Part shown: positions 1 to 10,304 of the stretch, piece after piece
Layout: every line of letters begins with the position of its first letter
Position numbering within the stretch: position 1 is the stretch's first letter
From: Mobula hypostoma
Lineage: Eukaryota
Assembly: GCF_963921235.1 (NCBI RefSeq)
Contig: NC_086098.1
Coordinates: 5,518,001 to 5,582,000, forward strand
DNA length: 64,000 nt
Direction: 5' to 3'
Translations under genes and position numbers: made by a program
The notes under the pieces: model-generated
Told to the model about the DNA's origin: nothing
Seen by the model: the letters and a program-made list of their open reading frames with translations, nothing else
Database searches by the model: none

Positions 1-4
1 TATC

Positions 5-130
5 AACAACTCCCTCCGAAGATGGTGCTGGTGGGGTCAATTGCCAATTCTGAGATGCCTTTATTGAGTAAGAATATCAAAGGTTACAGAAAAAGAAGAC
101 ATAAATGTGCATGCTGTAATTGAATTGAGA
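5..130 (+). mobile_element. Highly degraded CR1 LINE 3' end relic
   Basis: Loosely matches the CR1 ORF2 C-terminus (NSLP..V.AGS...IKGY) of younger copies in this window. Confidence 0.4.
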
Positions 131-267
131 AAAGGCTCAAGAGTTTCATTTTTTAGTTACCTATGGTTCAATGTAAGTTTTGAAACAAAGACAATAAAAC
201 TGGGCCCAACATATTGATGAAATTACAAAAAGCTCTATTTTTCATTGGAATTTGAAGAGATTTGGTA

Positions 268-334
268 CAGTACTATGTAAAAATACAAGGCACATATATA
301 TAGCTAGGGTACCAAAGACTTTTGCACAGTACTG
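268..334. mobile_element. ~67-bp Tc1/mariner-like micro-MITE
   Basis: Imperfect terminal inverted repeats CAGTACTATGTAAAAA...CTTTTGCACAGTACTG, flanked by TA at 266-267 and 335-336. Confidence 0.6.
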
Positions 335-584
335 TATTTGTCAACGTGGAGAAAAGAGTGAGTTTGGTGGGAGCAAAGGATGCTGGGAATGGTGAGGCTG
401 GATCGTCATGGGATGGGTGTGGGGCAAGTGGCAGGAGTGTGCAAACACTCCCAGCCCCGAGACACCAGGCAAGATCATTTGATTAAAAAGAATAAGTTTA
501 TTGATCATTACAGAATGTTTCTGTGATGCCTTCCACATCCTCCCCTCTCCTTTCCCTTTTTCCCAATGATGATTCCTCTCTCCC

Positions 585-912
585 TAGAGAGCATTCTGAC
601 CGGTTGTGTTACCGCCTGGTATGGAGGGGCCACTAGCACAGGTTTGTAAATTCAGCCAGCTCAGTCACGCGCTCTTGCCTTCCCTCCATTGGGAACATCT
701 TCGAAAAGCAATGGTTCAGAAAGGTGGTATCCATGAGCAAGGACCCTTACCATACAGAAGGTTTCTGAAAGGTCCATGAACTGAAGAACACTAGCTCCCT
801 ATTATCCCCTATTTTTGCACTACTTATTTTTTAAATTTCTTGTTGTAACTGATAAAACACTTTAATATGTATTGAACAGTATTGCTGCTGGTAAACAACA
901 AATCTCATGACA
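585..912 (+). mobile_element. Rex1/Babar-type LINE 3' fragment (old)
   Basis: Encodes ESILTGCVTAWYG; 3' UTR resembles those at 17960-18172 and 43930-44125. Confidence 0.65.
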
Positions 913-919
913 TTTCATA

Positions 920-1243
920 ACGGATGGAGATCCGTCTCTACCAAAGGAGGTGTAAGGTCACCCTTGGGCAAGGTGCATCACCAGGGTCATGTGACTCCAT
1001 GGGGCAGGTGATGGATGGTTGTATGAGCAGCTGCTGCATATCACAAGTCCCGGTTATGTGACCACTGACACCAGGCAGACTATCTCTGTAGAGTATTGAT
1101 ATTGGCTGGGGTCACCTGTCTTGTGAAGACACTGCCCAGAAAGCAATAGCAAACCACTTCTGCAGAAAGATTTGTCAAGAATAGTCATGGTCATGACCAT
1201 GATCGCCCACGTCATTCTACACAGTACATAATGAATGAACGAA
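920..1243 (+). mobile_element. SINE-like element with RTE-type 3' tail (copy 1)
   Basis: Reverse-complement copy at 17503-17853; GCAATAGCAAACCACTTCTG resembles the BovB/RTE-family tail motif; ends in (AATG)n-like repeat. Confidence 0.65.
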
Positions 1244-1578
1244 TGCGGTTTCTGCTTGGAATTAATTTCTGTAACTGTCAGAAAATTCCTTTCACTTGAA
1301 ATACAACTGGTAATTAGTAATATTTAGAAATAGTTAAAATGATTTATTAATACTAATGACATATAAAAATAATGCATCATGTATTTATATAAAGCCACCT
1401 TCAAAATATATAGAACTATTTAAAATATTATTCTTTTTTTAAATCAATTCAAAGAATAAACAAAACTTAGTAAAGGTTGGTGACACGAGGAGATCTGCAG
1501 ATGCTGGAATTTCAAACAACACACATAAAAGTTGCTGGTGAACACAGCAGACCAGGCAGCATCTCTAGGAAGAGGTAC

Positions 1579-1614
1579 AGTCGACGTTTCGGGCCGAGAC
1601 TCTTCGTCAAGACT
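1579..1614 (-). ncRNA. Minimal type I hammerhead ribozyme motif (C3 mutated to U, likely inactive)
   Basis: Reverse complement reads AGUC-UUGACGA-A-GAGUCUCGGCCC-GAAA-CGUC-GACU. Confidence 0.6.
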
Positions 1615-1949
1615 AACTGAAAGAAGAGCTAGTAAGAGATTTGAAAGTGGGAGGGGAGGGGGAGATCGTACCCCATCCATTATTTATTTATATGCAAACA
1701 TTCTTTTTCTCTCTCGCCTTTTTCTCCCTCTGTCCCTCTCACTATACCCCTTGCCCATCCTCTGGGTTTTCCCCCCCTCCCCCTTTTCTTTCTCCCTGGG
1801 CCTCCTGTCCCATGATCCTCTCGTATCCTCTTTGCCAATCACCTGTCCAGCTCTTGGCTCCATCCCTCCCCCTCCTGTCTTCTCCTATCATTTTGGATCT
1901 ACCCCTCCCCCTCCCACTTTCAAATCTCTTACTAACTCTTCCTTCAGTT

Positions 1950-1985
1950 AGTCCTGACGAAGGGTCTTGGCCCGAAACGTCGACT
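1950..1985 (+). ncRNA. Minimal type I hammerhead ribozyme motif of the PLE pLTR
   Basis: AGUC (stem I)-CUGACGA-A-GGG UCUUGG CCC (stem II)-GAAA-CGUC^GACU; palindromic ACGU stem III; predicted cleavage after C1981. Confidence 0.85.
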
Positions 1986-2170
1986 GTACTTCTTCATAGA
2001 GATGCTGCCTGGCCTGCTGCGTTCACCAGCAACTTTGATGTGTGTTGCTGAAGGTTGGTGATCTCATTCAAGGTAATAATGTCATGCTAGTTAGCTTACA
2101 TACAGCTCTGAGACAAAGCATAGTTCATCTCCCCTCAGTTTGCTGCATTGTGGAAACAACTCTGGTGCCT

Positions 2171-3004
2171 GCACTGAGGCAGTGAAATATGCCCTGATCT
2201 GATCTCCAGTGTGAGGGAGTGAATGTGCCCTGATCTGATCTCCAGTGTGAGGCAGTGAATGTGCCCTGATCTGGTCTCCAGAGTCAGGGAGTGAGTGTGC
2301 TCTGATCTGATCTCCAGTGTGAGGGAGTGAATGTGCCCTGATCTGATTTCCAGTGTGAGGGAGGGAATGTGCCCTGATCTGATCTCCAGTGTGAGGCAGT
2401 GAATGTGCCCTGATCTGATCTCCAGTGTGAGGGAGTGAATGTGCCCTGATCTGATCTCCAGTGTGAGGGAGGGAATGTGCTCTGATCTGATCTCCAGTGT
2501 GAGGGAGTGAATGTGCCCTGATCTGATCTCCAGTGTGAGGCAGTGAATGTGCCCTGATCTGGTCTCCAGAGTCAGGGAGTGAGTGTGCTCTGATCTGATC
2601 TCCAGTGTGAGGGAGTGAATGTGCCCTGATCTGATTTCCAGTGTGAGGGAGGGAATGTGCCCTGATCTGATCTCCGGTGTGAGGCAGTGAATGTGCCCTG
2701 ATCTGATCTCCAGTGTGAGGGAGTGAATGTGCCCTGATCTGATCTCCGGTGTGAGGCAGTGAATGTGCCCTGATCTGATCTCCAGTGTGAGGGAGTGAAT
2801 GTGCCCTGATCTGATCTCCAGTGTGAGGGAGTGAATGTGCCCTGATCTGATCTCCAGTGTGAGGGAGGGAATGTGCCCTGATCTGATTTCCAGTGTGAGG
2901 GAGTGAATGTGCCCTGATCTGATCTCCAGTGTGAGGGAGTGAATGTGCCCTGATCTGATCTCCAGTGTGAGGGAGTGAATGTGCCCTGATCTGATCTCCA
3001 GTGT
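2171..3004. repeat. 36-bp minisatellite, ~23 units (GTGTGAGGGAGTGAATGTGCCCTGATCTGATCTCCA)
   Basis: Direct inspection: exact 36-bp phasing from 2209 to 3000 plus a degenerate first unit. Confidence 0.97.
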
Positions 3005-3041
3005 TCCCCCGGGATCAGTAAAGTATGATTATGACTATGAC
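3005..3041 (+). mobile_element. Extreme 3' tail of the young Rex1-type LINE
   Basis: TCCCCCGGGATCAGTAAAGTATGATTATGACTATGACT matches the tails at 27232-27268 and 34001-34030 (minus). Confidence 0.75.
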
Positions 3042-3079
3042 TTGTGAATCCACTGGTTGGCTGTATACATAGTTTCACA

Positions 3080-3500
3080 TACAAGAGAAACTCAGCAGGT
3101 CAGGGAGTACCTATGGAGAGGAATAATCAGTTGACATTTCAGTCTGAGACCCTTCATCAGGGCTGGAAAGGGAGGGGGAAGAAGCCAGAATAATAAAGTT
3201 GGTGGAGGGAAAGGATTAGTAGCTAACACCTGATAGTGATTTTCCATTCCCCATTCAGGCTTCTCTCTTTCTCGTTCCCTCTTCCTCACCTGCCTATCAT
3301 CTCCCTTTGGTTCCTCTCCTGCTTTCCTTTCACACATGGTTCACTCTCCTTTCCTATCCAATTCACTTTTCACACTTATCACCTCCCAGCTGCTCACTTC
3401 ATCTTCCCTTACCTCACCCTCCCACCTTCCCCCTCACCTATCATCTGCCAGGTTATTCTGGGTTTTTCAACCTTCCATTCCAGTCCTGATGAAGGGTCTT
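3080..3500. mobile_element. Older PLE pLTR derivative, inverted arrangement, with hammerhead motif on minus at 3128-3165 and a truncated core at 3481-3500
   Basis: Minus strand reads CCAGCC-CTGATGA-AGGGTCTCAGACT-GAAA-TGTC-AACTG; pyrimidine-rich pLTR body on plus. Confidence 0.7.
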
Positions 3501-3589
3501 GGAACAAATAATTTTTAATTAAAAGAAAAAAAGTAACATGTTGAAGTATTCATTTGAACACTGTACTGAAATATGCCTGTTGCGTTTTA

Positions 3590-3790
3590 TATTCTGTGCT
3601 TTCACTAGTTTTTTTTGTTGCAGTTTGAGCGATTTTTTTGCACGGAGTCGTTTTGATGTTTGATGTTTTTCTTTGAATGGGTTAATTCCATTTTTCTTTG
3701 TTTCGTGACTGTGTGGGGAGACAAATCTCAGGGTTGTACACCACATACATACTTGGATAATAAATGTACTTTGAACTTTGAAATTTGAAA
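3590..3790 (+). mobile_element. 3' end with Rex1-type tail (..AATCTCAGGGTTGTA..AATAAATGTACTTTGAACTTTG)
   Basis: Same tail recurs at about 12375, 15640, 24515, 31225 and 46415. Confidence 0.6.
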
Positions 3791-4184
3791 CATTTATAAT
3801 GCAAACCTTTTCGATAGAGCAGCTAATTTGTTCATCAGTAATTATGTTCAAATTCAAGTTTATTGTCATTCAACCATATACATGTATATAACTAAACAAA
3901 ACATCATTCCTGCGGGGTCAAGGTGCAAAACACAGTACAAACAGCCACACACAGCATGCACAGTTACGATCCCGCACATAAAATAAGTCACAGAATAATA
4001 TTAGCACAAGTCCCGGAGTGTCCTGGCCTGATGATTTATCGTGCATGCAATGTTATCTTGGGGACACACTTCTGCAGGAACGAGTATGCAGTATTTCCTA
4101 TCTTATGCTGGGTCAGCAGACTTATGCAAATCACTTGCCTTTTAAGTTATGAACCTACATGCCATTAAAAATTCACAAATTCAA

Positions 4185-4490
4185 AACACCCTTCCTCCTT
4201 CCCTTTCTCCCACTCTCCTCTCCAATCAGAATCCTTCTTCTTAAGCCCATTAACTTTTCCACCTATTACCTTCCAGCTTACTTTGTTCGACCTCCTGTAC
4301 CCGCCTGGCTTCACTTATCACCTCCTAGCTTGTCCTCCTTTCCCTCCCCACACCTTCTTACTCTGGCATCTTACCCCTTCCTCTCCAGTCATGAAGAAGG
4401 TCAACAGTTCCTCCAGCATTTTGAATGTGTTGCTCTAGATTTCCAGCATATTTCCAGGTTTTCAGATTTTCAGATTTCTAGAATATCTTG
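4185..4490 (+). mobile_element. Degraded PLE pLTR
   Basis: Pyrimidine-rich body, decayed hammerhead core (CCAGTCATGAAGAAGG), then TTCCTCCAGCATTTTG..TGTTGCTCTAGATTTCCAGCA. Confidence 0.6.
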
Positions 4491-4582
4491 AGCTTAATTT
4501 TTTTTTGGTTATTTTACAGTGGGACTGGTTTATAAGTAGCTTAAATTCATGTCTGTTCAAGTGAATTCCTGAGTTTCCACCA

Positions 4583-4850
4583 CAGAAAGTAGTGGATATG
4601 GTCTAGTCCATGACCCTCCACACCACTGAGCGCATCTACACGGAGTGTTGTTGCAGGGAAGCAACATCCATCATCAAAGACCCCCCACCACACAAACCAT
4701 GCTGCCATCAAGAAGAAGGTACAGGAGCCTCAGGACTCACACCACCAGGTTCAGGTACAGTTATTAACCCTCAATCATCAGGCTCTTGAACCAGAGGGGA
4801 TATCTTCACTCAACTTCACTCACCCCAACACTGAATTGTTCCCACAACAT
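4583..4850 (+). mobile_element. Rex1/Babar-type LINE 3' fragment
   Basis: Similar to 15175-15450 and 24050-24340. Confidence 0.7.
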
Positions 4851-5093
4851 TCCTACAGCTCACGAGCTGGCAGCTCGTTCCACACTCTTACCACCCTCTG
4901 AGGTAAGAAGTACCCCCTCTTGCTCACCTTAAACATTTCACCTTTCACCCTTAACCCATGACCTCTAGTTCTAGTCTCACCCAACCTTAGTGAAAAAAGC
5001 CTGCTTGCATTTACACTAAATATACTCCTCATAATTTTGTATACCTCCATCAAAGTTTCCTTCAATCTTCTACATTCTAGGAAATAAACTCCT

Positions 5094-5685
5094 AAGAACT
5101 CGGCTCGCCTTTGGAGGCCTAGGATTTCGGGGCTCTGGAGATAGGCAGATTGAAGGTCAGTGTCCTGACAGATGGGTGTGTCATGGGAGCCGGAAGGTCT
5201 TTGGCTGTGTTCCCAGAGACCTGAGATGTCTGGACACAGAGCTCGGAAAAAGCAACGCAACCGACTTTTAACACCATAAACCAGCGAGTTGTTTGTTATG
5301 TCTTCCCTCTCGCTGTGAAACAGAGACATCTCTTTCTCTCTTATTAGGGAGAGAGAGAGCCTGTGGTATGTCGAATACCGGGTGAACGTGTAGTCTTTGG
5401 GGTACTGCAAGTCTATGCCTTTGCTGATGCTTTGCTGCATGCTTGAGTGCTTGGTGGCAAGTGCCGATGCTTTTTTTTTGCTGGTGGGGGGAGGAGGGGA
5501 TCGTTGCTTGCTGCTGCTTACATGCGGGAGTGGGGGAGCTGGGGGGGACTTTGGTTTCTAATATTTAACGGTCATTCATTCTTTGGGGAACTCCTCTGTT
5601 TTTCGTGGATGGCTGTGAAGAAAAAGCATTTCAGGATGTATATTGTATACATTTCTCTGACGTTAAATGTACCTTTGAAACCTTT
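5094..5685 (+). mobile_element. Unassigned non-autonomous element X, 5'-truncated copy
   Basis: Homologous to 52113-52699 + 56070-56292 and to 48236-48552; ends in CTTTGAAAC tail; interrupts a CR1. Confidence 0.8.
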
Positions 5686-6785
5686 TCATATAACTCATGT
5701 TCTCAAGTCCTGATAACATCCTTGTAAATTTTCTCTACACTCTTTTAATCTTAGTTACATTTTTCCTATGGGTAGATGTCTAAAACTGCTCACATTACTC
5801 CAAATTCGGCCTATTCAATCTCTTAAGCAAATTCAACATAACATCCCATCCCCTGTGCTCAATATTTGATTTTTGAAGGCCAACGTGTCATAAGCTTTCT
5901 TTAGACCAAAAGACCAAAATTTACCTGTGATTTACAACCCTATCTACCTGTGATACCACTTTCAGGGAATTATGGACCCGTATTCCCAGATCCCTCTGTT
6001 CTATCACACCCCTCAAGCCTACCACTCACAGTGTAAGACCTACTAAAGCACAACACCTCATACTTGTCTGCATTAAATTTCATCTGCCATTTTTCAGCTC
6101 ATGTTTCCAGCTGGTCTAGATCCCGCTGCAAGCCATGATAGTCTTCCTCACTGTCCACTACACCCCCAATCTTGGTGTCATCTGCAAATTTACTGATCTA
6201 GTTAACCACATGATCATCCAGATCATTGTTATAGATGACAAAGAACAAAGGACCCAGCATCAATCCTTGTGGCATTCCACTAATCGCAGACCTCCAGTCA
6301 TCTACTACTCTCTGGCTTCTCCCACAAAGCCAGTGTCTAATCCAGTTTACTGCCTCATCCTGAATGCCGAGTGACTGACCATCTTGACCAGCCTCACATA
6401 CAGGACCTTGTCAAAGGCCTTGCTAAAGTCCCTTTCTATTCAAATAGTTATATATCCGGTCCCTTAGAATACCTTCCAATAACTTTCCCACAACTGATAT
6501 CAGACTCAAAGGCCTATAATTTTCTGGTTCATGTTTAGAGCCTTTTTTAAACAGTGGAACAGCATTGAGTATCTTCCAATCCTCTGGCACCTCACGCCTG
6601 ACTGAGGATGTTTTAAATATCTCTGCTAGGGCCCTGGCAATTTCTGCACTTGCCTCCCGTAGGTTCTGAGGGAACACCTTATCAGGCCCTGGTGATTTAT
6701 CCACTTTAATTTGCCTCAGGGTGGCAAACACCTATCCTCTGTAATCTATACAGGGCCCGTTAAATTGATGCTGCTTTGCCTCACT

Positions 6786-6963
6786 TAAGACCATAAGACC
6801 ATAAGACAAAGGAGTAGAAGTTGGCCATTCGGCCCATCGAGTCTGCTCCGCCATTTTATCATGAGCTGATCCATTCTCCCATTTAGTCCCACTCCCCGTC
6901 TTCTCACCATAACCTTTGATGCCCTGGCTACTCAGATACCTATCAATCTCTGCCTTAAATACA
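6786..6963 (-). mobile_element. CR1 3' end, (TATGGTCT)n-tailed subfamily
   Basis: Near-identical to 32681-32860; AAGACCAT tail repeats on the plus strand. Confidence 0.85.
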
Positions 6964-8287
6964 CTTCTATCCTCTGCGTCCATTTCCTGAGTAAATACAG
7001 ATGCAAAAATTCCTTTTAAAATCAGCTGCTTCTCTTTTGGCTCCACACATGGATTAGCATTCTCATATTCCAAAGGACCAATTTTGTCCCTTGATATCCT
7101 TTTGCTCTTAATATATCTGTAGATTCCCTTAGAATTCTCCTTCATCTTGTCTGCTGGTGCAACCACATGTCTTCATTTACTCTATCTGATTTCCTTCTTA
7201 AGTGTTCTCTTGCATTTTTTATACTCCTCAAGCACCTCATTTGTTCTTACCTGTCTATATCTGCTATGCACCTCCTTTTTTTTCTTAACCCTGGTCTCTG
7301 TAGCTGTTGAAAACCAAGGTTCCATAAACCTGTTATCCTCGCTTTTTATTCTGACAAGAACATACAAACTCTGTACTCTTAAAATTTCACTTTTGAAGGT
7401 CTCCCATTTACCAAATACACCTTTATCAGAAAACAGCCTGTCACAATATACACTTGCCAGATCATTTCTGATACCATCAAAATTGGCCTTTCTCCAATTT
7501 AGTATCTCAACCTGTGGACCAGACTTATAGAAACATAGAAAATAGGCGCAGGAGTAGGCCATTCGGCCCTTTGAGCCTGCACCGCCATTTATTATGATCA
7601 TGGCTGATCATCCAACTCAGAACCCTGTACCTGCCTTCCCTCCATACCCCCTGACCCCCGTAGCCACAAGGGCCATATCTAACTCCCTCTTAAATATAGC
7701 TAATGAACTGGCCTCAACTGTTTCCTGTGGCAGAGAATTCCACAGATTCACCACTCTCTGTGTGAAGAAGTTTTTCCTAATCTCGGTCCTAAGAGGCTTC
7801 CCCTCTATCCTCAAACTGTGGCCCCTCGTTCTGGACTTCCCCAACATCGGGAACAATCTTCCTGCATCTAGCCTGTCCAATCCCTTTAGGATTTTATACG
7901 TTTCAATCAGATCCCCCCTCAATCTTCTAAATTCCAATGAGTACAAGCCCAGTTCATCCAGTCTTTCTTCATATGAAAGTCCTGCCATCCCAGGAATCAA
8001 TCTGGTGAACCTTCTTTGTACTCCCTCTATGGCAAGGATGTCTTTCCTCAGATTAGGGGACCAAAACTGCACACAATACTCCAGGTGCGGTCTCACCAAG
8101 GCCTTGTACAACTGCAATAGTACCTCCCTGCTCCTGTACTCGAATCCTCTCGCTATAAATGCCAGCATACCATTCGCCTTTTTCACCGCCTGCTGTACCT
8201 GCATGCCCACTTTCAATGACTGGTGTATAATGACACCCAGGTCTCGTTGCACCTTCCCTTTTCCTAATCGGCCACCATTCAGATAAT

Positions 8288-9967
8288 GGCCATCCAGGCC
8301 ATTGTCTCCCACACCATCACCGACTTTATCCGCTCAGGGGATCTCTCATCCACTGCTACCAACGTTATAGTTCCCACACCTCGCAACTTCCCGTTTCTAC
8401 CTCCTACCCAAGATCCACAAACCTGCCTGTCCTGGCCGACCTATTGTCTCAGCTTGCTCCTGCCCCACCGAACTCATTTCTGCATACCTCAACACTGTTT
8501 TATCACCCCTTGTTCAATCCCTTCCGACCTATGTTCGTGACACTTCTCATTCTCTTAAACTTTTCAATGATTTTAAGTTCCCGGGCCCCCACCGCTTTAT
8601 TTTCACCATGGATGTCCAGTCCTTATATACTTCCATCCCCCATCAGGAAGGTCTCAAAGCTCTACGCTTCTTTTTGGATTCCAGACCTAATCAGTTCCCC
8701 TCTACCACCACTCTGCTCCGTCTAGCGGAATTAGTCCTTACTCTTAATAATTTTTCCTTTGGCTCCTCCCATTTCCTCCAAACTAAAGGTGTAGCTATGG
8801 GCACCCGTATGGGTCCTAGCTATGCCTGCCTTTTTGTTGGGTTTGTGGAACAATCTATGTTCCGTGCCTATTCTGGTATCTGTCCCCCACTTTTCCTTCG
8901 CTACATCGACGACTGCATTGGCGCTGCTTCCTGCACGCATGCAGAACTCGTTGACTTTATTAACTTTGCCTCCCACTGTCACCCTGCCCTCAAGTTTACC
9001 TGGTCCATTTCCAACACCTCCCTCCCCTTTCTAGATCTTTCTGTCTCTGTCTCTGGAGACAGCTTATCCACTGATGTCTACTATAAGCCTACTGACTCTC
9101 ACAGCTATCTGGACTATTCCTCTTCTCACCCTGTCTCTTGCAAAAACGCCATCCCCTTCTCGCAATTCCTCCGTCTCCGCCGCATCTGCTCTCAGGATGA
9201 GGCTTTTCATTCTAGGACGAGGGAGATGTCCTCCTTTTTTAAAGAAAGGGGCTTCCCTTCCTCCACTATCAACTCTGCTCTTAAACGCAACTCCCCCATT
9301 TCACGTACATCTGCTCTCACTCCATCCTCCCACCACCCCACTAGGAATAGGGTTCCCCTGGTCCTCACCTACCACCCCACCAGCCTCCGGGTCCAACATA
9401 TTATTCTCCGTAACTTCCGCCACCTCCAACGGGATCCCACCACTAAGCACATCTTTCCCTCCCCACCTCTCTGCATTCCGCAGGGATCGCTCCCTACACA
9501 ACTCCCTTGTCCATTCGTCCCCCCCATCCCTCCCCACTGATCTCCCTCCTGGCACTTATCCGTGTAAGCGGAACAAGTGCTACACATGCCCTTACACTTC
9601 CTCCCTTACCACCATTCAGGGCCCCAAACAGTCCTTCCAGGTGAGGCATCACTTCACCCGTGAGTCGACTGGGGTGATATACTGCGTCCGGTGCTCCCGA
9701 TGTGGCCTTTTATATATTGGTGAGACCCGACGCAGACTGGGAGACCGCTTTGCTAAACATCTACGCTCTGTCTGCCAGAGAAAGCAGGATCTCCCAGTGG
9801 CCACACATTTTAATTCCACATCCCATTCCCATTCTGACATGTCTATCCACGGCCTCCTCTACTGTAAAGATGAAGCCACACTCAGGTTGGAGGAACAACA
9901 CCTTATATTCCGTCTGGGTAGCCTCCAACCTGATGGCATGAACATCGACTTCTCTAACTTCCGCTAA
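8288..9967 (+). pseudogene. PLE polyprotein (reverse transcriptase + GIY-YIG endonuclease), two frameshifts near 8385 and 9465
   Basis: LPKIHK, MDVQSLYT, QTKGVAMGTRMGPSYA, RYIDD; VIYCVRCSRCGLLYIGET; Cys-rich linker CKRNKCYTC. Confidence 0.93.
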
Positions 9968-10268
9968 GGCCCCACCTCCCCCTCGTACCCCATCTGTTAC
10001 TCATTTTTATGCACATATTCTTTCTCTCACTCTCCTTTTTCTCCCTCTGTCCCTCTGAATATACCTCTTGCCCATCCTCTGGGTCACACCCTCCCCCCTC
10101 CTTGTCTTTCTTCCCGGACCTCCTGTCCCATGATCCTCTCGTATCCCCTTTTGCCTATCACCTGTCCAGCTCTCGGCTCTATCCCTCCCCCTCCTGTCTT
10201 CTCCTATCATTTTGGATCTCCCCCTCCCCCTCCAACTTTCAAATCCCTTACTCACTCTTCCTTCAGTT

Positions 10269-10304
10269 AGTCCTGATGAAGGGTCTCAGCCTGAAACGTT
10301 GACT
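10269..10304 (+). ncRNA. Minimal type I hammerhead ribozyme motif
   Basis: AGUC-CUGAUGA-A-GGGUCUCAGCCU-GAAA-CGUU^GACU. Confidence 0.8.

Larger units (their letters stand above)
1484..2050. mobile_element. Penelope-like pLTR insertion: inverted partial copy (1484-1667, minus) plus forward pLTR (1668-2050)
   Basis: Forward part is near-identical to 9985-10365; 11-bp TSD AAGGTTGGTGA at 1473-1483 and 2051-2061. Confidence 0.9.

Noticed and set aside
2171..3004. CRISPR-like array (36-bp repeats)
   Set aside because: Units are contiguous with no unique spacers, no cas genes, eukaryotic context
2572..3084. 170-aa repeat protein (HWRSDQGTFTPS)n
   Set aside because: Consequence of a 36-bp unit; unit variants introduce stops; no splice or homology support
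4853..5440. 195-aa ORF, partly similar to 52193-52588
   Set aside because: Chimera of antisense element X and CR1; frames are not conserved between copies
7594..8286. Long plus-strand ORFs (also 27924, 28906, 29206, 30409)
   Set aside because: Antisense shadows of CR1 ORF2
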